Positions 37,451 to 46,574 of a stretch of DNA of 64,000 nt are shown here, piece after piece. Position 1 is the first letter of the stretch, and each line of letters starts with the position of its first letter. The notes beneath the pieces are model-generated. The model was not told the DNA's origin and made no database searches. It saw nothing but the letters and a program-made list of their open reading frames with translations. A program made the position numbers and the translations under genes. The DNA lies in assembly GCA_903896745.1 (NCBI GenBank), contig CAITZA010000221.1, positions 1,041-65,040 of the forward strand, in the 5' to 3' direction. This stretch comes from an uncultured Desulfomonile sp. (GTDB lineage: Bacteria; Desulfobacterota; Desulfomonilia; Desulfomonilales; Desulfomonilaceae).

Positions 37451-38164
37451 CTACATCCCCAAAAGAGAATCCATGAAGGATTTAGGCCAATTCATGCTCA
37501 TTGCGTCAGCGATTTTTTCTGAATTTGCCTGATCATCATCCTCCAGAAATGGCAACACGACTATAGGGATTCCATGAACAATTCTCGCAAGGTCTCCAGG
37601 GGTGTATTCTTCTTCCGGGCCCGACATTTTCTGAGAAGAGCATAAAGCAAGACCTTTGACTGGAATTTGTCGATTTTGGAGAGCCTCGATGCTTAAAATG
37701 CTGTGATTAATGGTCCCAAGGGCTAAACGACCAACCAACAGGGTGGGGAACTTGAGATCGTTGATAATATCGATCATCAGTTTTTTATCTTCCACCGGTG
37801 TCATTAAACCACCAGCTCCTTCCACTATAACCAGATCAGCATCTTCTGAAACAGTCAATATGTGTTCAACAATATCTGCTACACTTAAACTGCTGTCTTC
37901 CATGGCGGCGGCCCGAAAAGGGGCCGCAGGCATCGTAAATCTGTAAGGAGCGCATTCATCCAGGGACAAAACCTTGTCACCAGCCTCCCATAAAATTCTT
38001 CCATCCACCGGTTCCAGTAAACCATTTTTCACTGGACAGCCTGTTTCTACAGGTTTTATGCCAACGCAATTGATCCCTAACCTGCGGGCATATCTTGTCA
38101 ATCCTGAGGAAACTATCGTTTTCCCCACCCCTGTATCGGTTCCGGATATAAATAATCCTGTCAT
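37451..38164 (-). CDS. bioD: Dethiobiotin synthase
   Basis: MTGLFISGTDTGVGKT is the P-loop. I verified the ATG at 38164, 1 nt after the bioA stop. The longer track ORF would overlap bioA. Confidence 0.85.
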   Translation of the reverse strand: MTGLFISGTDTGVGKTIVSSGLTRYARRLGINCVGIKPVETGCPVKNGLLEPVDGRILWEAGDKVLSLDECAPYRFTMPAAPFRAAAMEDSSLSVADIVEHILTVSEDADLVIVEGAGGLMTPVEDKKLMIDIINDLKFPTLLVGRLALGTINHSILSIEALQNRQIPVKGLALCSSQKMSGPEEEYTPGDLARIVHGIPIVVLPFLEDDDQANSEKIADAMSMNWPKSFMDSLLGM

Positions 38165-38165
38165 T

Positions 38166-39512
38166 TTAATTTTCGCCACAAATTTCAGTAATTGATTTGG
38201 CAGTCCTGGATACCAGAAACTCCAGTTCATTTTCTGTAACACAAAGAGGAGGCATCATGACTACCACATCGCCCAGAGGCCTCAAAATGACTCCATGTTT
38301 TCTTATGTTTTGTGTAACCTGTGCGCCCATTCGCATTTCTACCGGATAAGCCTCACGTTTTGATGGCGTTTCGGCAAGTTCTATTCCAACCATGAAACCA
38401 CATTGCCTTATATCAGCCACATGCGCAAGTGTCGCGATTCGTTTTTCAAGCAATTCTGAGAGAATTCCTATCTTGGGTTGAAGTTTTTCAATCACCCGAT
38501 TTTCTTCAAAAATGTCGATACATGCGTTGGCAGCGGCACAGGCGAGGGCATTTCCCGTATAACTGTGACCATGGAAAAAGGTCCTGTAATCAGTAAAAGG
38601 CCCCAGGAACGCTTCAAAGATTCGATCTGTTACCAGAGTGGCGGCTAATGGTAAATATCCTCCGGTCAGTCCTTTGGCCAGACACAAGATGTCAGGGGAC
38701 ACCGGTTCTTTCTGACTTGCAAACATAGCCCCGGTTCTCCCAAATCCCGTGGCCACCTCGTCACAAACCAGCAATATGTCGTGGTCCCTGCATATTTGCT
38801 CCAGCGCTTTAAGGAAACCAGGGGGATGAACTATCATACCGGCAGCGCCCTGTACCAACGGTTCGACAATTAGAGCCGCTATTTCATCAGACCTTTCGTC
38901 TGCCAATCTTCTAAAATTTTCCACACATTTATTTTTTAATTCGTCAGGTTCCAGTTCGGGGCTCTGATAGGGAAAAGGGGTAGGGATGGCAAAAGTCTTA
39001 AAAAGTAACGGATTAAATATACTATGAAAAATATCTATACCACCCAAACTGACCGATCCGATTGTGTCACCGTGATAAGCCTGATCCAACCCGACGAAAA
39101 TCTTTTTCTGCGGGCGACCCCGGTTTTTCCAATACTGGAAGGCAATTTTTAACGCTACTTCCACTGCCGTGGAACCCGAATCCGAATAAAAAACCTTTGT
39201 AAGTCCCGCGGGGGTTATCTGAACCAGCTTTTCGGCAAGTTCTATTGAAGGAACACCGGCAAGCCCCAGTAATGTGGAATGAGCAATCTTGTCGATCTGC
39301 AATTTTATTGCTTCGTTTATTCTGTTGTGATTATGTCCATGGACATTTACCCACAGCGATGAAACACCATCGAGATACCTTCTGCCATTGGTATCTATTA
39401 ACCAAGACCCTTGGCCCTGTTCTATGACCAGAGTTTCAGATCTTAACCAGTCTTCCATTTGAGTAAATGGGTGCCAAATATATTTTTTGTCCAGCGATTC
39501 CCAATCCTGCAT
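38166..39512 (-). CDS. bioA: Adenosylmethionine-8-amino-7-oxononanoate aminotransferase
   Basis: It is a class-III aminotransferase with YIWHPFTQM, DEVATGFGRTG and the PLP-Lys context LCLAKGLTGG. I prefer the start MQDWES at 39512 over 39593. Confidence 0.9.
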   Translation of the reverse strand: MQDWESLDKKYIWHPFTQMEDWLRSETLVIEQGQGSWLIDTNGRRYLDGVSSLWVNVHGHNHNRINEAIKLQIDKIAHSTLLGLAGVPSIELAEKLVQITPAGLTKVFYSDSGSTAVEVALKIAFQYWKNRGRPQKKIFVGLDQAYHGDTIGSVSLGGIDIFHSIFNPLLFKTFAIPTPFPYQSPELEPDELKNKCVENFRRLADERSDEIAALIVEPLVQGAAGMIVHPPGFLKALEQICRDHDILLVCDEVATGFGRTGAMFASQKEPVSPDILCLAKGLTGGYLPLAATLVTDRIFEAFLGPFTDYRTFFHGHSYTGNALACAAANACIDIFEENRVIEKLQPKIGILSELLEKRIATLAHVADIRQCGFMVGIELAETPSKREAYPVEMRMGAQVTQNIRKHGVILRPLGDVVVMMPPLCVTENELEFLVSRTAKSITEICGEN

Positions 39513-39540
39513 ACGATGGATCCTTGCCTGCAACCGGGGT

Positions 39541-40551
39541 CTAACTTGCTTCCGGCTGGTCGATGAAAGTTGACTGATCCAATCTATATTCACCTGTAAA
39601 ATAGGATAGCGCTCCCAAACCTATACTGACCGTCAGGCTAAACAGATGGTAGACAGTAGCAAAAGACACAGCCACAACGGCCTGTATTCCATAGAGAGCG
39701 AGGGCGTAACGCCCTGCCGCATGGAAAGTTCCAATGAAGCCTGGCGCAGACGGTATGGCCACCGCCAACGCAATGAACACCTGTATGGTCACCGCTACAA
39801 GAAAAGAAGCTTCTATGCCGAAAGCGAGAAGAAAAACATAAGTGGTGGCAGAAAAAAGGCCCCACAACGCAATGGAATACAGGAAGATCATTAGGGCGCG
39901 TTTCAGGTTGGCCATCACCTCTATTCCCTCTATGAGCTTGTGAAATATTGCTTCGAGGGGAGCTGCCATCCTGGCAGGAAAAATCTTGAGAACTTTTTCT
40001 ATCAGGCTTTGGACTAGAGTCTTTTTTGCCAGGATTAACAAAACCATAACATAACCAAGGATCAAAGCTGCCAGAAGGATCTGCCCGAAAACAGAGTATT
40101 GCTTTGACACTTCGGGTGTTTTCCACAAAACCGCCCCTAGCAGAATTAACAATCCAGTCATGTCAAAGAACCTTTCAACAAGCACAGCGCCAAAAACACT
40201 TGAAAAAGAAACACCTCGCTGATGAAGCAGATATGGCCTCACCAATTCCCCCAGTCTTGCAGGCATGATGACATTGGCGGCAGCCCAAATGTTAAGTAAA
40301 TCCCATAGAAGTTTCGTCGATAACGTACAAAAAGGACTTAGAATAAGCCCAAAGCGCAAAGCGCGAATGAATTGACATCCAACAGCGAAGATAAATCCCG
40401 GTATAAGGTAGATAGGCCTAATCTGACTTAATCCCTCGACAAAATCTTTCCATGATATGTCCCTAAATGTTAGCCATAAGAAGAACACACCCAGAACCAT
40501 TCCGACAAGGATGAGTAAATTTCGCCGGTTGTTATTTTTACTTGCCATCGG
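39541..40551 (-). CDS. UPF0104 / LPG-synthase-TM (flippase-like) membrane protein
   Basis: It is polytopic. The pattern RALRFGL...[13 protein letters not shown]...[12 protein letters not shown] is typical of the family as I recall it. The start MASKNNNRR at 40551 overlaps the upstream stop by 14 nt. Confidence 0.65.
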   Translation of the reverse strand, partial: PMASKNNNRRNLLILVGMVLGVFFLWLTFRDISWKDFVEGLSQIRPIYLIPGFIFAVGCQFIRALRFGLILSPFCTLSTKLLWDLLNIWAAANVIMPARLGELVRPYLLHQRGVSFSSVFGAVLVERFFDMTGLLILLGAVLWKTPEVSKQYSVFGQILLAALILGYVMVLLILAKKTLVQSLIEKVLKIFPARMAAPLEAIFHKLIEGIEVMANLKRALMIFLYSIALWGLFSATTYVFLLAFGIEASFLVAVTIQVFIALAVAIPSAPGFIGTFHAAGRYALALYGIQAVVAVSFATVYHLFSLTVSIGLGALSYFTGEYRLDQSTFIDQPEAS

Positions 40552-41485
40552 GGCGTCCCAATGTTTCCAAAAAATATGAAATTGTAGAATCCAGACCTTC
40601 TTCAAGCGCTATTGTCGGTTTCCAGTTCAGAGTCTTTTTTGCCAATGTTATGTCAGGCTTTCTTCGGGTGGGGTCGTCTTTGGGTAAAGGATTGTATGAA
40701 ATTTTGGACTTCGATTCCGGCATCATTTCCAGTATCGTTTCCGCAAGCTCCTTTATTGTTACCTCATGAGGATTCCCAAGATTCATGGGACCACTCTGAT
40801 CACTGTTCATTAGCTTTATGAGCCCATCGACCAGATCAGAAATAAAACAGAAAGATCTGGTTTGAGATCCATCGCCATAAATTGTAATTTCGTGACCCCT
40901 GAAAGCCTGACAGATGAAGTTACTGACAACCCTGCCGTCATTAGGAAGCATCCTGGGACCATAAGTGTTAAAAATTCTGGCTATGCCGACATCGACACCA
41001 TTGTAGTCCCTGTAACCGACTGTAAGGGTTTCAGCGGCTCTCTTGCCTTCATCATAACAAGCCCGAGGCCCCACCGGATTCACATTCCCATGGTAAGATT
41101 CAGGTTGCGGGTGAATCTCGGGATCTCCATAAACTTCTGATGTTGAAGCTAGCAAGAAACGTGCTTTGAGACGTTTGGCCAGACCAAGCATGTTTAATGT
41201 TCCAAGCACAGAAGTCTTAAGCGTTTTTATTGGATTGCTCTGATAATGTATTGGCGACGCTGGACATGCCAGATGGTATATTTCATCAGCTTCTATCAGC
41301 ACGGGACTGACCACGTCGTGCCTTATAAATTCGAAGTTGGGGTTATCCATTAGCGGCAATATATTGCGTTTTGTTCCGGTGAAAAGGTTGTCCATACAGA
41401 TTACGGAAACGCCTGACGCCAGTAAAATCCTGCAAAGATGACTACCTATAAAACCTGCTCCGCCAGTAACCAATACTGTTTTCAT
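40538..41485 (-). CDS. UDP-glucuronate decarboxylase (UDP-xylose synthase-type extended SDR)
   Basis: It has [25 protein letters not shown] and the catalytic YDEGKR. The 315-aa length is typical of bacterial UXS. Confidence 0.85.
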   Translation of the reverse strand: MKTVLVTGGAGFIGSHLCRILLASGVSVICMDNLFTGTKRNILPLMDNPNFEFIRHDVVSPVLIEADEIYHLACPASPIHYQSNPIKTLKTSVLGTLNMLGLAKRLKARFLLASTSEVYGDPEIHPQPESYHGNVNPVGPRACYDEGKRAAETLTVGYRDYNGVDVGIARIFNTYGPRMLPNDGRVVSNFICQAFRGHEITIYGDGSQTRSFCFISDLVDGLIKLMNSDQSGPMNLGNPHEVTIKELAETILEMMPESKSKISYNPLPKDDPTRRKPDITLAKKTLNWKPTIALEEGLDSTISYFLETLGRPDGK

Positions 41486-41938
41486 TTACAAGGCTCCAAG
41501 AAACTATTCTAGATTTTTTAGTATCCACAAGCTCACAGTCTATGTCAATCTTTAAGCCTGTAATTGAGTCCTGCGAGTATGTTGCCGGGGACGTCAAATA
41601 ATTGAAACGCGCTTGCCGCTTACCTGCATGTTGAGGCTACGTAGCGAAGGTCCAATCGTGAATAATATTATCATATTGAAATTACCCATTATAATCACCT
41701 TTTAGACATGAGTGTGGTTTGATATTTTTCAAAATTGTCAACGTTAAATCAAAATGAATTTTTTTTGTGCATATTATTCCCGAAAAATCAGCTTCACTAA
41801 TGAAATCGGTTCCTTTATAATCTTTTGAATCACGCAGGAGCCTTGGGCTTGAACAAAAACTTACTGAAACATTCTTTGTCTGAGACTTTGGACGGTGAGG
41901 ATTGCAAAAACCTCAATAATTCATTAGGCGCATCTTCA

Positions 41939-43807
41939 ATGACCAGCCCGAGGACTGAAACAGATTCTTTTTTGCCAGTAATTCTACTTATGCTGGCTTA
42001 TTCCCTGGTTGTAACCATCACTTCCGGAGATATAGGGTTTGAGGGGGATGATTGGTGGATTTTTAGCTGGCCATACTGGAACAGCTTTCCGCAGTCACTG
42101 TTTATCTACGCGAGAGAATCTCTCCGGCCATTGGAAGGAGTTTACTGGATAACTCTTTTCGAGATTTTTGGATTCAACAAGGTAGTCTTTCACTTCTTTT
42201 CGCTGTCGCTGCTTGTGTGCGCCAGCGCGCTGATGGGGGCATGCCTTTTAAGAGCTTTTCCAAGCAAGAGGCTTTTCGCAATATCAGCGATGTTCATGGC
42301 TTTTTTCATTCCTACGGTTTCCTGTTTAACTTTTGTAGTAACTACCGACAACAGCAGATTGAGCATGGCTCTGTTTTGGGGGGCCGTGCTGGCTTTTCAG
42401 CGTTGGGTGGAACGAGGAACCAGGTGGAGCGATTTGCCGGCCCCAACCTTTCTTTATATCTGCGCCTTCCTGACTTATGAAGCGCCAAGTCTCTTGATAT
42501 TTTCAATTCCGTTCTTTGTTCTTCCCATTTATTTGAGATTATCTGAACGTATAAGCGCATTGAATTTTGGGTTGAGACTGTTCATAGCTGTCGCAACGGG
42601 TTTTTGTGGAGCTTTGTTCATCAGATTTCTACTCTTAAGTGGTGGAGCTGTTACACACAAGCATTTTCTACCGCCTATAGAACTTGTGTGGTCCTATTTT
42701 GCGCTTCTTCCTTTTTACCTTATTGAGCCTTTCATATCTTTGGAACTCGATTGGCGAGCTCTGTGTGTAGGCCTGCCAATGGTTGGAGCGCTGGCTTTTA
42801 TTCTATTTTTGTGGGAACGCTCTGAGTCGGTAAAATCCTCTAGAACTTCTTTTTCGGATCTGGAGAACAACAGGCTATACGTGTTGTTGCTCGCGCTGGT
42901 TGTTGTCGTGCTGGGGATGGCGCCATATCAGCTAGCCGGGTATGGGGCTGTAACTCCAAGAATCGTGGAGACTGTTTTATCCAAGTACGGATTCTTGCCT
43001 GACGGCAATACAGCTTGGTTCAATTTTAACTGGTCCAGTAGGGTATATTCTTCAGCCTCTTTCGGATTGGCCATTCTGTTTGGTTTATGCATTGGTTTCT
43101 GGAAGAATCCAAAAGCCCGGAATTGGGCCAAGACCGCCACCGTTATTATTATTGGGTTTCTTGTATTTTTTCACGCCAGTCTTATTACAGACTGGAAAGA
43201 AGCGGCGCAAAAGAGAAACTCCATTTGTGAAAGTCTGGTTTCAGAAGCGCCGGACGTGTTGCCCAATACCAATCTTTTGCTTGTGAACCTGGAATATTAT
43301 CATAAGAGAGCCGCTGTTTTCAGAGGTTGGGGGGGGCTCAAGGAACTTGTTCGTATGCTTTATGATTCACGCGAGCTAGGCGCCTTTTATGTTCATCCTT
43401 ACGCGTGGAACTGGCCCAACAAGATTTGTCAACAGGGCATTGCCAGGAGGGATGGCTTTTGTACAAGGGGTGTCAGGCTTGACAATCCTCTTCCTCTTGA
43501 AAGCCTCGTGATCTTGAACCGTTTTGGAGACAAAATGCAGCTAGTTGAAAAATTGTCCTGTTTCGACAGCATAGCTCCAACGGGAATATCCTGGAACGAA
43601 ATAACTACCATACAGTCCAATCCCGACAGAATCGTCGGATGGTCCGAAACAGTCCTGACCCCGCAGAGACTTGTTAAAAACGCCTGGTCGTCCGGTTTGA
43701 TAACTACTTTAAATTTATCACAAATAAAACTTGGGTACCGCATCCTCAATAAATGGACTTACACCGTCTTGTCCAGAGATCGAGGCATTAGTAGGGCTCT
43801 AAAATAA
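41939..43807 (+). CDS. Polytopic membrane protein, putative GT-C-type glycosyltransferase (paralog A)
   Basis: About 11 or more TM segments are followed by a C-terminal soluble domain of about 180 aa. The first-loop motif is GDIGFEGDDWWIFSWPYWNSFP...ESLRPLEGVYW. The track ORF starts at a TTG at 41825. I verified the ATG at 41939. Confidence 0.55.
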   Translation: MTSPRTETDSFLPVILLMLAYSLVVTITSGDIGFEGDDWWIFSWPYWNSFPQSLFIYARESLRPLEGVYWITLFEIFGFNKVVFHFFSLSLLVCASALMGACLLRAFPSKRLFAISAMFMAFFIPTVSCLTFVVTTDNSRLSMALFWGAVLAFQRWVERGTRWSDLPAPTFLYICAFLTYEAPSLLIFSIPFFVLPIYLRLSERISALNFGLRLFIAVATGFCGALFIRFLLLSGGAVTHKHFLPPIELVWSYFALLPFYLIEPFISLELDWRALCVGLPMVGALAFILFLWERSESVKSSRTSFSDLENNRLYVLLLALVVVVLGMAPYQLAGYGAVTPRIVETVLSKYGFLPDGNTAWFNFNWSSRVYSSASFGLAILFGLCIGFWKNPKARNWAKTATVIIIGFLVFFHASLITDWKEAAQKRNSICESLVSEAPDVLPNTNLLLVNLEYYHKRAAVFRGWGGLKELVRMLYDSRELGAFYVHPYAWNWPNKICQQGIARRDGFCTRGVRLDNPLPLESLVILNRFGDKMQLVEKLSCFDSIAPTGISWNEITTIQSNPDRIVGWSETVLTPQRLVKNAWSSGLITTLNLSQIKLGYRILNKWTYTVLSRDRGISRALK

Positions 43808-43855
43808 TTTTTCCGGTCTTTCGCCGGAACTCTCTTTCCAATATTGACGTTCCTC

Positions 43856-45535
43856 TCATTTTCCGGAAATCAATTCCTGATTGGTTTCAATAGCGTCTAT
43901 CCCCTCCCAGTTTGCCAGCGCCTTGTTATCTTTTTTTGACAGACTTTTAACAACCTCTAGTTCATCTCCTTTTCTTTCCATTAACACAAGGCTGTCAAGA
44001 GGAGAAGGCCCGTATAAAGCGCTTCCTCTGGCGCTAATTCCTCGAGGTGTTATTAGGGCTGATTTTTCCTTGTAGTCGGTCTGATCCTTTTCAGGAGGGT
44101 ACAAAAAGTATGCGTGTAATTGTCTGTTGTCATAAATTATCTTTATCCAGTCGTTAATACCATCTACACCCTGGAATACTACCGCCTTGCTGGATATATA
44201 CCATTGCAAATCCAGAAAGAAAAAGTTTGCCGGCCCATTAATTACCGGGATTTTGGAAAGAAGGCTTCTAGTTATGTTTTCCCGATGTATTGCCGCTTGA
44301 ATCCAGTCAGTTCTGAGCGATATTTGTGACAGGGCATTAAAAAAGACAAAAATTAATAAAAACCCCCTGATTATTTTCCCAAAGACCGGAGTTCCTCTCC
44401 AAAAAACCTGCGGAAGGCAGATTATAGCGGCCGCGCCGAAACCTGCGGATGAAAAAATTCTGCTTTGACTTGTGAATCCCAACTCTGGACTGTAGCCTGC
44501 CAAAAGATAAGGGGCCATACCCAATCCCAGAATAGAAAATGACAGCAAGGCCATCAGGATGAGATCATGTTTAGTCGAAGACTTTGTGGAGTCGGGCCCT
44601 GTAATAGCCCCATACCTGATAAACCTGTATGAAACCAGGTATGCCATGAACGTGAACAGGCATGCCCATGCCATATTTCCGGCATTGATCCCCACATTCG
44701 TCAACGGATACGATAAGTATTCAAGTAACATCCTGATATAGGAAAAGCCCAGTTCCATCGGTGGAGTAACGGTTCTGTGACCGACTGCGCCGCCTTCGAA
44801 TATCACAAATCGAATCACCAGAAAAACCAAAAAACTCAATAATATTGAGGAACACAGTTTAATTAGAAATTTTCGGGTAGATTCATCACCGCCGCTCAAT
44901 TTGAAGACTGGCAATGTAAGAAATGGAACTGAAAAAATTAAAAGCGCACAATTTTCATAGGTTAGTGTGGCGAGACAATAAAATAGGCATGCAAGAAGAA
45001 GTCGCGATATATTTGCTGAATTTCTAGCCCAGTTTTGAAAAAATAAAACCGACACCCAGAAAAAAAGACACGATATCCTCGAATTGTCGGTATGCATCAT
45101 AAAAACAAGGTTAGCCAGTGGAGTTATTACAAACGCAAGCATACCGCTACTGATTGCCCAATCTTTATGATCCGGAAAAGCCGTATAAAGAGACTTGGTC
45201 ATCAATACGCATGAAATGGCCAGCAATAATAACGACCCGGCAAGAAAAGCCGGTTCACGCAATCCAAACATCTCATACATCGAAATCCAGTAAAGTCCCT
45301 CTATTGGCCTTTTCGACTCCTTTGCGTATATCAGTAAAGATTCAGGATAGCTGTTCCAATACGGTATTCCAAAAATCCACCAGTCGTCTCCCTGAAACCC
45401 AAGGTCCCCGACCAGATAAAGAAATATTGGTATGGAAATGCCAAAACACGCTAATATCGGGATCGACGGGAAACGGTTCAGCTTGTGGCGCCTTTCAACT
45501 GAAATCAGGTTTTCAAACATGTTACCTGGCCGCAA
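43856..45535 (-). CDS. Polytopic membrane protein, putative GT-C-type glycosyltransferase (paralog B)
   Basis: The architecture matches paralog A. Motifs are GDLGFQGDDWWIFGIPYWNSYP...ESKRPIEGLYW and TDNSR. It is convergent with paralog A, with 48 bp between the two stop codons. Confidence 0.55.
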   Translation of the reverse strand: MRPGNMFENLISVERRHKLNRFPSIPILACFGISIPIFLYLVGDLGFQGDDWWIFGIPYWNSYPESLLIYAKESKRPIEGLYWISMYEMFGLREPAFLAGSLLLLAISCVLMTKSLYTAFPDHKDWAISSGMLAFVITPLANLVFMMHTDNSRISCLFFWVSVLFFQNWARNSANISRLLLACLFYCLATLTYENCALLIFSVPFLTLPVFKLSGGDESTRKFLIKLCSSILLSFLVFLVIRFVIFEGGAVGHRTVTPPMELGFSYIRMLLEYLSYPLTNVGINAGNMAWACLFTFMAYLVSYRFIRYGAITGPDSTKSSTKHDLILMALLSFSILGLGMAPYLLAGYSPELGFTSQSRIFSSAGFGAAAIICLPQVFWRGTPVFGKIIRGFLLIFVFFNALSQISLRTDWIQAAIHRENITRSLLSKIPVINGPANFFFLDLQWYISSKAVVFQGVDGINDWIKIIYDNRQLHAYFLYPPEKDQTDYKEKSALITPRGISARGSALYGPSPLDSLVLMERKGDELEVVKSLSKKDNKALANWEGIDAIETNQELISGK

Positions 45536-45668
45536 TAAGCCTCAAAGAAACTTCTTCTGACTTTTTTTCATGATAGCAATTCTGAGGTTTCAAGTCTATT
45601 CAGTATGAAAACGCTCCAAGGCGACCAACGTAATCTATCACGGGAAAACAAACGGTCTCGCTGGAAAA

Positions 45669-45986
45669 ATGACACCTGAAAATGACCAAAACTCTCTTAT
45701 GGATATTATAGATCCGGATATTATAGAAATACCGATCAATGGAATAATAGATCTGCATACTTTTAATCCCAGGGAACTGAATGACCTGCTGAATGATTAC
45801 TTCAAAGCCTGCATTGAAAAATCCATCTTCGACATTCGAATAATTCATGGCAAAGGCAAGGGTGTCATGCAAAAAAGAGTGTGGGCCTTATTAAAAAAAA
45901 ATCCGCTTGTAGAGAGTTTTCAGTTTGCGCCGCTGGAAGCGGGATCTTGGGGGGCCACAATAGCGCGTCTTAAAAACCGGTCATGA
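45669..45986 (+). CDS. Smr-domain protein
   Basis: IDLHTF...IRIIHGKGKGVMQKRVWALLKKNPLVESF is the Smr (DLHG / HGxG) signature. Confidence 0.7.
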   Translation: MTPENDQNSLMDIIDPDIIEIPINGIIDLHTFNPRELNDLLNDYFKACIEKSIFDIRIIHGKGKGVMQKRVWALLKKNPLVESFQFAPLEAGSWGATIARLKNRS

Positions 45987-46140
45987 ATCAGGATCGTAAA
46001 TTCATGCTCTTATGTTTTTCCTGTCACACACGCCAATTTTATTTTCTTCAAGCCATTAAAATTATAGGACTATCTCAGCGCATCTAAAACTTTATAAAAG
46101 TAATGGGAAACTTTCTCTATTCTTTGGTCTTCTGATAGTA

Positions 46141-46169
46141 TTGACAAAAACTTGTGTGGAGGTTAAAAA
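46141..46169 (+). promoter_or_regulatory. Sigma-70-type promoter of the feo operon
   Basis: TTGACA (46141-46146), a 17-nt spacer, then TAAAAA (46164-46169). Confidence 0.45.
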
Positions 46170-46176
46170 TTAGTTC

Positions 46177-46200
46177 GAGGCGACTAACTTAGGTAGCCTC
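46177..46200. promoter_or_regulatory. Imperfect inverted repeat just downstream of the -10 element (candidate metalloregulator operator)
   Basis: The sequence is GAGGCGACTAA-C-TTAGGTAGCCTC. The arms GAGGC/GCCTC and CTAA/TTAG pair with a 1-nt asymmetry. It contains TTAGGTAGCC, which resembles a DtxR/IdeR half-site. Confidence 0.35.
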
Positions 46201-46252
46201 AACACGCTCTGTTTAATCAGGCTTTGACTGAGGTATTTGCACGGAGTTAATT

Positions 46253-46567
46253 ATGAGCCCCAGAACCTCTAAAAAAAGATGTTATTGCTGTCCTTCGCTG
46301 CACCAGAGAAAATGCCTTGCCACAAACACTGTGAAATTATCGAGTTATAAACCGGGTCAAAAAGGTAAAATTGTCCAGATTTGCGGAGATTCTGACTTTA
46401 GATTACGCATGATGGAAATGGGTTTTGTTAATGGCGCTGATATTGAAGTCGTCAAATACGCTCCCCTGAATGATCCTATGGAATTCATCATAAAGGGTTA
46501 TCATGTGACACTTAGAAAAGAACAAGCGGCTGATATCTTGATGAATGAACCTGAGAAAGCGGCCTGA
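46253..46567 (+). CDS. feoA: FeoA with Cys-rich N-terminal extension
   Basis: The FeoA SH3-like core is GQKGKIVQICGDSDFRLRMMEMGFVNGADIEVV...IKGYHVTLRKEQA. The ATG has a GGAG RBS. The extension contains CYCCPSLHQRKC. Confidence 0.8.
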   Translation: MSPRTSKKRCYCCPSLHQRKCLATNTVKLSSYKPGQKGKIVQICGDSDFRLRMMEMGFVNGADIEVVKYAPLNDPMEFIIKGYHVTLRKEQAADILMNEPEKAA

Positions 46568-46574
46568 GGCGGAC

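Noticed and set aside
45600-45872. 90-aa minus-strand ORF overlapping the Smr gene, and many other antisense ORFs of 60-170 aa inside large genes (for example 6208-6711, 26391-26897, 39638-40126, 47507-47908)
   Set aside because: They lie fully inside well-supported genes on the opposite strand and have no independent signals. They are typical antisense open frames.
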